The translations under genes were made by a program, and so were the position numbers. Below are positions 1 to 8,789 of a stretch of DNA of 64,000 nucleotides, piece after piece. The DNA comes from an uncultured delta proteobacterium (GTDB lineage Bacteria > Desulfobacterota > Binatia > UBA9968). The notes below the pieces were generated by a model. It was given only the letters and a program-made list of their open reading frames with translations, made no database searches and had not been told where the DNA came from. The stretch covers positions 384,001-448,000 of the forward strand of contig CAVSHR010000009.1 in the NCBI GenBank assembly GCA_963727625.1. The letters run 5' to 3'. Each line of letters opens with the position of its first letter. The stretch's first letter is position 1.

Positions 1-375
1 TTCGAAAAGCTCGCCGTCGAATTTCCCGACATGATCAAACCGCGCGACAACGAATTTATCGTTCGCAAGGCGCGCGCCAGCGCTTTCTTCGGCACCCACT
101 TAATCACTTATCTGGTCCGCAAAAAAATTGATTGCCTGCTGATCGCCGGCACCAGCACCTGCGGCTGCGTGCGCGGCACGGTCCTCGACGGCTATTCCTA
201 TGGTTACCCGGTGTTTCCCGTTGAAGAATGTATCTTCGACCGTTCACGCACCTCGCATCTGGTAAATCTTTTCGAGATGAACGCCAAGTACGCCAGCGTG
301 ATTCAGTTAAGCGAAGCGCTCGACTACGTCGGCAAGATCAAGCGAATGGAAGGTAGAAAGGCGATCGCCAGCTAA
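1..375 (+). CDS. Isochorismatase-family cysteine hydrolase, 5'-truncated by window edge
   Basis: Frame open from base 1; K-x-R-A-S-A-F-F-G-T, GTSTCGCVRGT (catalytic Cys) and H-x3-L-x-E-M-x-x-K-Y motifs. Confidence 0.85.
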   Translation, partial: FEKLAVEFPDMIKPRDNEFIVRKARASAFFGTHLITYLVRKKIDCLLIAGTSTCGCVRGTVLDGYSYGYPVFPVEECIFDRSRTSHLVNLFEMNAKYASVIQLSEALDYVGKIKRMEGRKAIAS

Positions 376-488
376 GAGCGAATAAAGGTAGGCGGGGCAT
401 TTTCCCCCGCGAGGCAGATTGGATAGTTCGCCCTGCCAGTGCCGTTATTTGTTGCAGGTTCGCTGCCCGTGCTAGACTTAGTTGATCG

Positions 489-986
489 ATGGAGAAAACC
501 CTACAAGTTCTGAACGATCTGGTGCGCGATGGCGTCCTTACCCACTATGCAATCGGCGGCGCTATGGGAGCGACATTCTATGTCGAGCCAGTTCTCACCT
601 TCGACTTAGACATTTTCGTAATTCTGCCCCAAACAGGCTCCACCCGACTGACGCTTGAACCTTTGTACACGGCGCTGCGAGCGCGCGGTTATGTGGAGGA
701 AAGCGAGTGCGTAAACATTGAAGGTGTGCCAGTGCAGTTCTTACCGGCTTACAATGACTTGACAATAGAGGCGTTGAACCAAGCTCGCGAGGTTTTGTAC
801 GAGCAAACTCCCGCAAGAGTGATCCGCGCGGAGCATCTTTTAGCCATCGCCCTACAAACTGGACGCGACAAAGACCGGGAACGGGTACGATTGCTCAGAG
901 AACAAACAAAACTCGATGCTGAATTGCTCGACAGCCTGTTGCGACGCCACGGGTTAGAAGGAAAATGGAAACCATGGTCACCGTGA
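489..986 (+). CDS. Putative nucleotidyltransferase-fold protein
   Basis: YAIGGAMG...TFDLDIFV (GG...DxD NTase signature) and C-terminal GRDKDRER. Confidence 0.65.
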   Translation: MEKTLQVLNDLVRDGVLTHYAIGGAMGATFYVEPVLTFDLDIFVILPQTGSTRLTLEPLYTALRARGYVEESECVNIEGVPVQFLPAYNDLTIEALNQAREVLYEQTPARVIRAEHLLAIALQTGRDKDRERVRLLREQTKLDAELLDSLLRRHGLEGKWKPWSP

Positions 987-1234
987 ATCCAATCATCGAT
1001 AAATTGATCGCGGCAAAGGAGTGCCGTCGGCGCAAGCTTGCGGCCCTGCCGTTCGCCGAAAAAGTACGGCTGGTGGTGAAGCTACAGCAACTAGCGGCCC
1101 CCGTTTTGCGCGCACGCGGCCTTTCCGTCCATGTGTGGTCGCTGGAGGCCGGAAACCCCGGCATTATGGAAAACTCTGCAACGGATGGTTTCGCTGCATC
1201 CGGTAGGTTGCAAAGCCGCGGCGGTCCAAAGTAA
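983..1234 (+). CDS. Small hypothetical protein coupled to the NTase gene
   Basis: GTG overlaps the upstream TGA (GTGA); basic helical RRRKLAALPFAEKV motif. Confidence 0.5.
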   Translation: MNPIIDKLIAAKECRRRKLAALPFAEKVRLVVKLQQLAAPVLRARGLSVHVWSLEAGNPGIMENSATDGFAASGRLQSRGGPK

Positions 1235-1577
1235 AGACCTTGTCGGTCTCAAGTTCCTCCGCCAGCGCCATCAACGTGGCGTCGGCGAAATTCATCGTCA
1301 CGTTGCGATACCCTTCCATCAGCGCCGCGACCCGTTGCAAACTGGCCACTGAAGAAAGAATCACCTGGAACACGCCTCTAAGAACAAATTCTAGACAAAC
1401 TTTTTGCCCGCGCCAGTACGGCCCGACCAAGTAGAGCGTCTCGGTCAAAGCCGCTTCGGTGGTGACCACAGGTCCGGACCATTGTTCCAGCGCGCCGACG
1501 CGCGCGCCGTGCATTTTCTCGTCGCGGTCGATGAGGGCGACGAAAGTGCCGGTATCGAGCAACAGCTCATCGACCAC
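1164..1577 (-). CDS. vapC: PIN-domain (VapC-like) toxin
   Basis: LLLDTG, TEAALTE, FADA and FTLDRR acidic PIN residues; GTG start overlaps the antitoxin stop. Confidence 0.85.
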   Translation of the reverse strand: MVDELLLDTGTFVALIDRDEKMHGARVGALEQWSGPVVTTEAALTETLYLVGPYWRGQKVCLEFVLRGVFQVILSSVASLQRVAALMEGYRNVTMNFADATLMALAEELETDKVFTLDRRGFATYRMQRNHPLQSFP

Positions 1578-1815
1578 GGCGCAGCCTGCGGACGAGATAA
1601 TTGCGATGGCGCTGGCCCAGGTCGGGCCGGCCGCTGGCGACGCTGCCGAGCAGGTCGCGTAGCTGATCGATCGGGCGCACTTCCGGTTCGCTGTTGAGAT
1701 ATTGCTCCAACTCCGCGCGCACGACATCCGAGCGATTGCGTTTGAGCCGCTTGGCCGAGTGTTCCAGTTTCGCGGCCAGGGCCCCCGACAAACGCATAGT
1801 TAATTGACTTTCCAG
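1567..1815 (-). CDS. CopG/ribbon-helix-helix antitoxin (start uncertain, 1797-1815)
   Basis: QLTMRL...LEHSAKRLKRNRSDVVRAEL RHH pattern; lies directly upstream of the PIN gene. Confidence 0.75.
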   Translation of the reverse strand: MESQLTMRLSGALAAKLEHSAKRLKRNRSDVVRAELEQYLNSEPEVRPIDQLRDLLGSVASGRPDLGQRHRNYLVRRLRRGR

Positions 1816-1971
1816 CGGCGCACTATCTTCAGCGATGCATAGTGGTGCACAGTAAAAAAGTACTTGCTCCAAATGCTTTAAAAGTGTATGTGCGACAAGA
1901 GTCGTACACATAGTACTTGCGAACTATATAACCTTTGATCCTGGGACTAACAATAATGAGGAGGGAATTTT

Positions 1972-2241
1972 ATGGCTAGCAAGACATACCATGGGGTTAC
2001 TGAGGAAATATTCAAGTGCGTCAAAACCAAGAGCCACAGTGAGCACGGCACGATTTACGATCCCCCGACGGGAAACAAGGGAACCGCAACAACCTCCATC
2101 CCCGTGTTAGGAAAAATAGTATTGGGCTACGATCTGCAACCCAATAGGGACCTGACGTACACCATTATCGAAAAGCCGGGCCTGGCTCCTGAAGGCGAAA
2201 TTTGGAGCGGTATTGAGAAAACCATCAACGGCTGCCGATAA
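1972..2241 (+). CDS. 89-aa hypothetical protein
   Basis: Strong RBS (GAGGAGG) before ATG; natural-looking composition; two Cys. Confidence 0.7.
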   Translation: MASKTYHGVTEEIFKCVKTKSHSEHGTIYDPPTGNKGTATTSIPVLGKIVLGYDLQPNRDLTYTIIEKPGLAPEGEIWSGIEKTINGCR

Positions 2242-2637
2242 GGGCAGTCGTGAGTTTGGAACGCACCAGAAATGGGGCACTCGGACGTAAGAGTGCCCCA
2301 TTTCTGGTCTCATCGCGTTCCCCATGCTGTAACGTGGTTTTCGTGACATGTTTGTCATGACTGGCCGTAAAGCGCTGCAGCCACTGCCCTGGCTGACTCC
2401 CTCATGATTATTTCGCGCCGTTTGGCAGAGCCGCTGTCGGGCCACCTGAACTCGCGCCGCCCACACCGATGCGGCCGGAGTCTTCCGCAAGCGATTCCGC
2501 ATTGGCAGCCAACCATTCGAGCGTGCCATGGAGAATCTGTCTGACCGCAGCAATCCGTGGTACAAGTCAATCTCCGTTTTCATGTCCCGTAGTCGTTCGA
2601 TGCGCTTACAAGTCACATACGAGAGAGAATAATTGAA

Positions 2638-4240
2638 ATGAACGTCCCTTCACAAAGTGATCCCGAGTGGAACAATTGGTCTGAAAATCTGGTACACAAG
2701 CCCGCAACGAGTGGTGAGTTCTATTACTTTTGCCCTGCGAATCGCGAGGAACTAAAAAACATCGTGCTGGAAGCTCAAGCCGCGGACGTACAGATACGCG
2801 TGTCGGGTCAACGTCATTCACAACCGCCCCTGGTTATCGACGACAACCGCGGCAATCGTTCATATAAGTCCAAAACATGGCTGGTGGACCTTTCCTGTTA
2901 TGCGGACCTCGGTCCGGATGGCAACGAACAGATAACGGTTGATATGGAAAAAAACACAGTCACCGTTAATGCAGGCGTGAGAGAAGACTACCTGGATGCC
3001 TATTTGGCAACCAAAAATCTGATCTTGGAAACGGTTACTGCCGGGGGGTTTTTCAGCGTTGGCGGCATGACGGCGGTTGATGTCCATGGAGCCACTTTTC
3101 ACGCGCCCATCTTTGCGGAGACCGCTGTCGCATTTTCCGTAATGGGACCGGATGGAGAAGTAACAGTAATTGACGAAACCACTCCTGGCATAGGTGATTG
3201 GAGAGCCATCCAGTTTGCGCGCGTCTCCCTCGGCGCGTTGGGAATTGTCACGTCTGTCACGATCTCAGTTCTGGAGCGGAAGTGGGCGACAACGTTGAGC
3301 TCCGGGGTCGATCGGGTCACGCTGTCCGATAAGACGCGCTTTTGTTTCCAAGTACCTGCAGTTGTTCAAAGATCATCAACGCGCTGAGTCGTTTTATAAC
3401 CCTTACAATAATGAGTTCCTGATCCTGTGGTATGATCTGGCAAAAGACCCTTCTTGGAAGGCTCCGAATAGCAGTAAAATTTCTGTGCCCACGTCCTGTG
3501 AATTTGCCGGCCAGGGTACTCACGGCGCACCTTACGAACCTGCACTGGTGGAATGGTTAGCACAGGGTACTATCGGTTGGATACAGCTGCATAAGTTCAA
3601 GAAACTGGCCAAGTGGGCTATCGACGCGGCCTATCTCGAGATCAGGAGCATGTTTAGCAAAGCTCAAAAACTTTACACGGATCTCTGGCTGACGGCGGCG
3701 GCACGCACCACCTTCCTTTCTTATTTCATCGAACTCCCCCAGCTCGATGAAGACGGACTGAGTAAAACTTGGGAGGCGTTGCAAAAGGTACCGGAGCTGT
3801 TGAAGCAATCAGATTACTTTCTGGTTGCAGGTCCACTGGAGTTCCGTTTTATCAATGGAGGCAATTCCGCACTCTCAGGCGCTTACACAGCTAACAAAGA
3901 TAGCTATTTTGTGAATCTGGACCTGATTGGATTCGTACCCAAGGTTTCTGCTGACCAATACCCCAAAGAGATGCTCGATTTTTTTGCAGCCGTTGAGAGG
4001 TCGTGGTACGGCGAATACAAGGGCATGCCGCACAATGGCAAGATGTATGGTTTTTACGATCCGATGGTCAGCGGCGATGACTCCACACCCCCATTCAACA
4101 AGGAATTCATTGCAAACCTTGCAAAGCGGCGCGGCGACCGGCTTACGCAATTCGAGGCCTACCGGAAAACCCGGGATCCCAACGGACTGTTCTGCAACGA
4201 CTATCTTCGAGCCGGGTCGATTGGCACCACTAAGAAATAG
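2638..4240 (+). pseudogene. FAD-linked oxidase (VAO/PCMH fold, aldonolactone oxidase-like), paralog 1, split by a frameshift at ~3335
   Basis: ORFs 2638-3387 and 3362-4240 join into one homolog of the three intact paralogs (WNNWS, RVSGQRHSQPP, TVTAGGFFS, LEFRF, GMPHNGKMYG); a single +1 shift restores the frame. Confidence 0.85.
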
Positions 4241-4245
4241 CTGCT

Positions 4246-5981
4246 TCAGTTCCAGATGCTGTTAAAAGATTTTTTCGGATTCATGGCTGTATACGGGATG
4301 TCGAGCCGCCGATTGCGAGCATCTATTGCGACAGAAATCTCGTTTAGCGCTTTAAGCCAGTTTGCGATGTTTTCTTTGACCCCCGCAGGCCAGCCGTTCG
4401 TGAAATCGTCGTCGTATTTCCCCAATTGGTTGCTGTCGGTGTGCGCAAAGTCGGCAGAGGCGAGGAGCGCGTTACCAGCGATTGCATACGATATAGGAGG
4501 CAAGCGATCGGAAACCTCGCTGAGTTTGAGTTTTGCGTTCGCTTCCTGCGGCGCTGCCAGCCGGTACAAGGGAGGGTTGGCTGGTGTATAAGCATAATTT
4601 AACGCGCCGTTCTCAATCGAACTGTGCCTGGAAGTCACAGTGAACAATACCGATGTAATGATCTGGTGAAGAGCCTCTCTGGTTTCTATTTTGCCTTGTG
4701 CGTTAACCGGAAGCCCAACAATTCCGGCCCCATCTGTTGATGCCATCTCCGCCATCCAAGCCTGTAGCTCCAAGTCGTTCAGCACATCGGCATCGCTCTT
4801 GTAAAAAAGGCCTAGCATGGATTTTACGTAACCGAGATCCGCTTCCCATAATTTCAATGCATCATCCCGGTAATAGAAATGGGGAAGCGCGTCCACGTCG
4901 TCCACTCCGCGTTTTCTAAAGTTGCAATTGGGATCGTAATCGCGGAAATCAAAATGCTTGAACAACTCGGATACCATTTGGTTTTGGCCCGCCAAGCCCG
5001 TTCCGAGGATCTCCGTTTGGGCTCCGTTTTCGTTATCCATAGTTCCTTTCACTTCATAGGTAATTAACAGAGTTCCCCAGAAATGGGGTTTCAGGAGTGC
5101 GTACACGGGGTGTTCGGCGGGCAGCGTGCGATTCGCCGAAGTCCAGACATTGCACATGACAAAGTGCATAAGTATGGTGTGGCTGTAAATGGCATGAACT
5201 AGACTATCCGCACATGAAGCATGAATCTTTACCGCCAACCAGGTATTCGGATCGCGATTCGGTGTAAAGATGGGGTTGGTGAGAGAACTGTCCGGATACA
5301 ACTGAATCCCAAGAGGCATGAGCTGGCCGATTTCATTCACACAAAACAGGCTTGTCGGGGCGGTCATCACATGACCGTGGGCGGGCGGTGCACCATTCAG
5401 CTCCGCACTGTGACACATAGTAAAGGCGGCGGGCGCTCGCCAAGGTCGCCAGCGTCTGATTGGCTGGCAGCAATCCGTCAAGCATGGCATCGGTAACTGG
5501 AAAATTGCGCTGAAACGCTGCCAGGTTTACGACCCTTTGGATGAACCAGGGGTACATGCCATTTAACCGCTGCGATGCAAATATGGCGTCTTGCTGCCAG
5601 AGGTTGTTTTTGCCGACCATGGGCAGCGAGTCCTCGGTGAATAACGCAGCGTATTCTTCAAACGGTTTGCCCTGCTTCGCCAATGTTTAGTCTCGTACAC
5701 TTATTAAGTGCCCATTGCATCAGTTTTGGTGATTAGAATTCGGCCACCCGCTTCCATAAGCAACGCCTATTCTTTGAGTGGTTGTTCGCGTCGCGGAAGA
5801 TCGTAAAAGTATTTTGCCTAATGGAAGGCGGATAGCCTTGCCACGAATGATCGAATACGTATTCTTTACAATTTTTTTCAACTTCCTTTTTCCTGGCATC
5901 CCGCTGGTCTGGCGTACAGTTCTGCGGCAAGCTGAGAGTTCCAGTGGTATTCAACAGGGTAGGGTCATTTGAGTTTGTCAT
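4246..5981 (-). pseudogene. Lipoxygenase, disrupted (three ORF pieces)
   Basis: LSLPQ...R..E...Y; WQQDAIFASQRLNG.P; W..VK...CAD..HAIYSHTILMH; HPVYALLKPHF; YYRDDALKLW; D.ELQAW; terminal NSIWN. Frameshift ~5412; stops and a frame change at ~5690-5830. Confidence 0.85.
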
Positions 5982-6313
5982 GACGATTTTTCTCCGCCGG
6001 ACTAGGGGACAATTTCTTTTGTTAGCTCAAAAAATCGAGGCTTTAATGGTGAGGCCTACGTTCGAATCCGGCCTGGACTTTACCAGGGGGTATAACCCAG
6101 GTCCTTAGACCGTGTAAAGTCTCCCGGGTAGAATTGCAGGTGGGACCGCCGGGGTAAGGGCCAACTGATCATTGGCATTTTAAACCCACCCTTTCTATCC
6201 GAGTCGATATCATCTAGAGCGGACGAGGTAGCAATTTATATTTTTGTCAGCGCACAACCGGCGCATCCGGAGTCAAATCGAGCATCATGTGCCTAACGCC
6301 AGAAAACTTGCCC

Positions 6314-8395
6314 TTAATTTGTGTCTCCCAACACCGCGCGCAGATAATCGTTATAGAAGCGACCTCCTGGATCCATGCTCTTGCGGTATTCATTGAAGGC
6401 CTTCAGTCGATCGTCGCGACGCCGACGCAGATCAGCCAAGAAGTTTACGTTGAACGGCGCCGTGTGAGTGCCTGTCGGCTGATCCGGGTCGTAAAAGCCG
6501 TACATCTTGCCCTGATGCGGAAAGCCGCCCATTGCAACCCACTGCCGCTCCACGTCGGCGAAAAACTGCAATAGCTTTGCGGGGTATTGAGACGGCGTCT
6601 TGTTCTCTTCCACAAAGCCAATCAAATCTAGGTTGACGAACCATGTGTTAGCGGTATTAACCGTATACGCGCCCGACATGGCCGAGTTACCACCCTTGAC
6701 GAAGCGAAACTCCATCGGCGCCGCAATGTGGAAGTTGCCGTTTGTGTTGACGATCCTCGAAACGACATCTAGCCCGTCCCACACTTTCTCGAGCCCAGCC
6801 TTGTCGAGGTTAGGTAGCGAAATGTAATAAGACATGAAAATGACGCGCACCGCACCTGCCAACCACAAATCCGAATGCGACTTGTTGGCTTTATCAACAT
6901 CCGACTCGATTTCGATGAGGGTGGCCGCGGCAACTTCAGCGGCCCCTGTAATCGCCCAATCAAAATACTGTGCCTTTTGCGCAAACTCGGCACCGTCTTT
7001 GCCAATCCCCCCCAAAATCGGTGCACCATATTGCTGTTTTTTAGCTAGTTGGCAAGCGTCATCGACTCGCGGCTTCGTGTTACCGGGACCAGAGTCAAGT
7101 TTTACATTCCACCACAGCACCAGAAAGTTCTTAACGAGCGGTCGGCCGGTTGCGTATGGAGTAAAGAACACCTCAAGGCGATCGTGTGTCACCAATTTCA
7201 AAAATTCTGTCACGAAGTCGTGCTTGTTAGGAAGTTGTAATTCTTCGGTCCCCCCCTGAAGCGTCGTCGCAAATGGTCGGGGCAAAACATCGATTGTGAC
7301 CGACGTCACAATACCCAACCCGCCCAGCGACACCCGCGCGAACTGTAACTGCGACCATTTCCCGACCGGCCCCGAGTTCGCGTCGATCGTAATTATTTCT
7401 CCGCTGCCCCGCACAATCGTGAACGCCGACACCGTTTCGGCAAAAATCGGCGCGTCTATCGTTCCCCCATGGACGTCGACCACGGTCATGCCGCCAAGAC
7501 TAAAGAATCCCCCCGCCGTGACGGTCTTGAGCATTAGATTGTTCGCGGTCAAAAACGCGTCCAACTCGTCCTCGCGCACGCCGGCATTCACCGTAACCTG
7601 ATTTTTTTCGGGTCCCAGCACGATGCGTTGGTCAAAGTTAGGTCCCAAATCTGCGTAACAGGACATGTCGACGAGCCAGGTCTTCCTGGTCGCAGGCGAC
7701 CCGCTACGATTGTCGTTAATCACCAGGGGCGGCTGTGAATGCCGCTGTCCAGATACTCGGATGGTCACTTCGTCTTGGTCTTGCGCAGCTCCAGCGAGTA
7801 CAAGCCTTAATTCCTCCATATTGTGCGGCATGTAATAATAATCCCCAGTTACCGGCGTATGGACGATGTTTCCGCTCCAGTTTTGCCAGTCTACTTCCCA
7901 TCCCAACTGCATGAAGTGCCCATCGGCGGGGTCAGCTCTCCACAACTTTCCATTTTGAACAACGTACAGCGCAGCACTCCCCCAAGCCTGCATGGCAGTC
8001 ATCGCTGCCGTGTCATTCCAATGTTGCCCCTCTCCCAATTGCTCATATTTTCCGGTCCCTGGGTCAGCTCTCCACAGCATGCCATTCTGAATCACGTACA
8101 GCCACCTACCCCAAGCAGTCATCGCCGCCGTTTCATTCCAATGTTGCCCCTCTCCCAGTTGCGTAGGCTTTCCCGTCTCCGGGTCTGCGCTCCACAACTT
8201 GCCCTTCTGAATCACGAATAGCAGTTTGCCCAACGCAGTCATCGCCGCTGTTTCATGCCATTCTTCTATTCCTAGTTGCTTATACGCTCCCGACCGCGGG
8301 TCTGCTCTCCACAACTTGCCATTTTGAATAATGTACAACCACCCATCCAAAGCGGTCATCGCTGCTGTGCCCTTCCAGGGTTGCGATTCTGCCAC
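6314..8395 (-). CDS. FAD-linked oxidase paralog 2 with four N-terminal ~40-aa Trp-rich beta-propeller-like repeats
   Basis: AGGAGG RBS before GTG; repeats W..TAAMTA....LY.IQNGKLWRADP..G...QLG; then RVSGQRHSQPP and GGFPHQGK. Confidence 0.85.
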   Translation of the reverse strand: MAESQPWKGTAAMTALDGWLYIIQNGKLWRADPRSGAYKQLGIEEWHETAAMTALGKLLFVIQKGKLWSADPETGKPTQLGEGQHWNETAAMTAWGRWLYVIQNGMLWRADPGTGKYEQLGEGQHWNDTAAMTAMQAWGSAALYVVQNGKLWRADPADGHFMQLGWEVDWQNWSGNIVHTPVTGDYYYMPHNMEELRLVLAGAAQDQDEVTIRVSGQRHSQPPLVINDNRSGSPATRKTWLVDMSCYADLGPNFDQRIVLGPEKNQVTVNAGVREDELDAFLTANNLMLKTVTAGGFFSLGGMTVVDVHGGTIDAPIFAETVSAFTIVRGSGEIITIDANSGPVGKWSQLQFARVSLGGLGIVTSVTIDVLPRPFATTLQGGTEELQLPNKHDFVTEFLKLVTHDRLEVFFTPYATGRPLVKNFLVLWWNVKLDSGPGNTKPRVDDACQLAKKQQYGAPILGGIGKDGAEFAQKAQYFDWAITGAAEVAAATLIEIESDVDKANKSHSDLWLAGAVRVIFMSYYISLPNLDKAGLEKVWDGLDVVSRIVNTNGNFHIAAPMEFRFVKGGNSAMSGAYTVNTANTWFVNLDLIGFVEENKTPSQYPAKLLQFFADVERQWVAMGGFPHQGKMYGFYDPDQPTGTHTAPFNVNFLADLRRRRDDRLKAFNEYRKSMDPGGRFYNDYLRAVLGDTN
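7915..8377 (-). repeat. Intragenic tandem repeat, four units with 117-120 bp period
   Basis: gcagtcatcgc anchors at 7995, 8115 and 8235; gcggtcatcgc at 8352. Confidence 0.9.
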
Positions 8396-8789
8396 TTTCA
8401 ATCCTCCTATTCCAAGTCAACCGTCAATTCAGTGCGAAGCATTAACAGTTCATATGACACGAGGCAGCAAGCTAGGTGACGCGCGGAAATTAGGGACCAC
8501 TGGGTTTCTCAAATTAGCCCACTCGGAAAAAAACGTCTTGCTATAAACTAACTAACCGATATATACGACTAAAATTGTAATACAAGACAAATATTGCGGG
8601 GATTTACCGCAAATTAACGCTTGTAGACGATCTTATTCGTATGGATCGCGCCCCAGCTATAGACGCTGAGCGGTAGTCGCAACGCTAGATTCCGGGAGTT
8701 CTCCGCTCGAACAGCTCCTCTAGCGCAGGGGGATTTGTTTAGTTGCTCAAGGTTGCAATCGTAGCACTCTCGCTTTGCGCAAACGATTT

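Noticed and set aside
3325-3365. Programmed ribosomal frameshift in oxidase 1
   Set aside because: No recognisable slippery heptamer or stimulatory structure; three paralogs are continuous here
6040-6190. c-di-GMP-I riboswitch upstream of the lipoxygenase (GGTCTAAGG on minus strand)
   Set aside because: GCAAA/GNRA-receptor elements not found; needs an Infernal search, unsupported by eye
7915-8377. CRISPR array
   Set aside because: Repeats are in-frame coding units with a 117-120 bp period and no unique spacers; no cas genes
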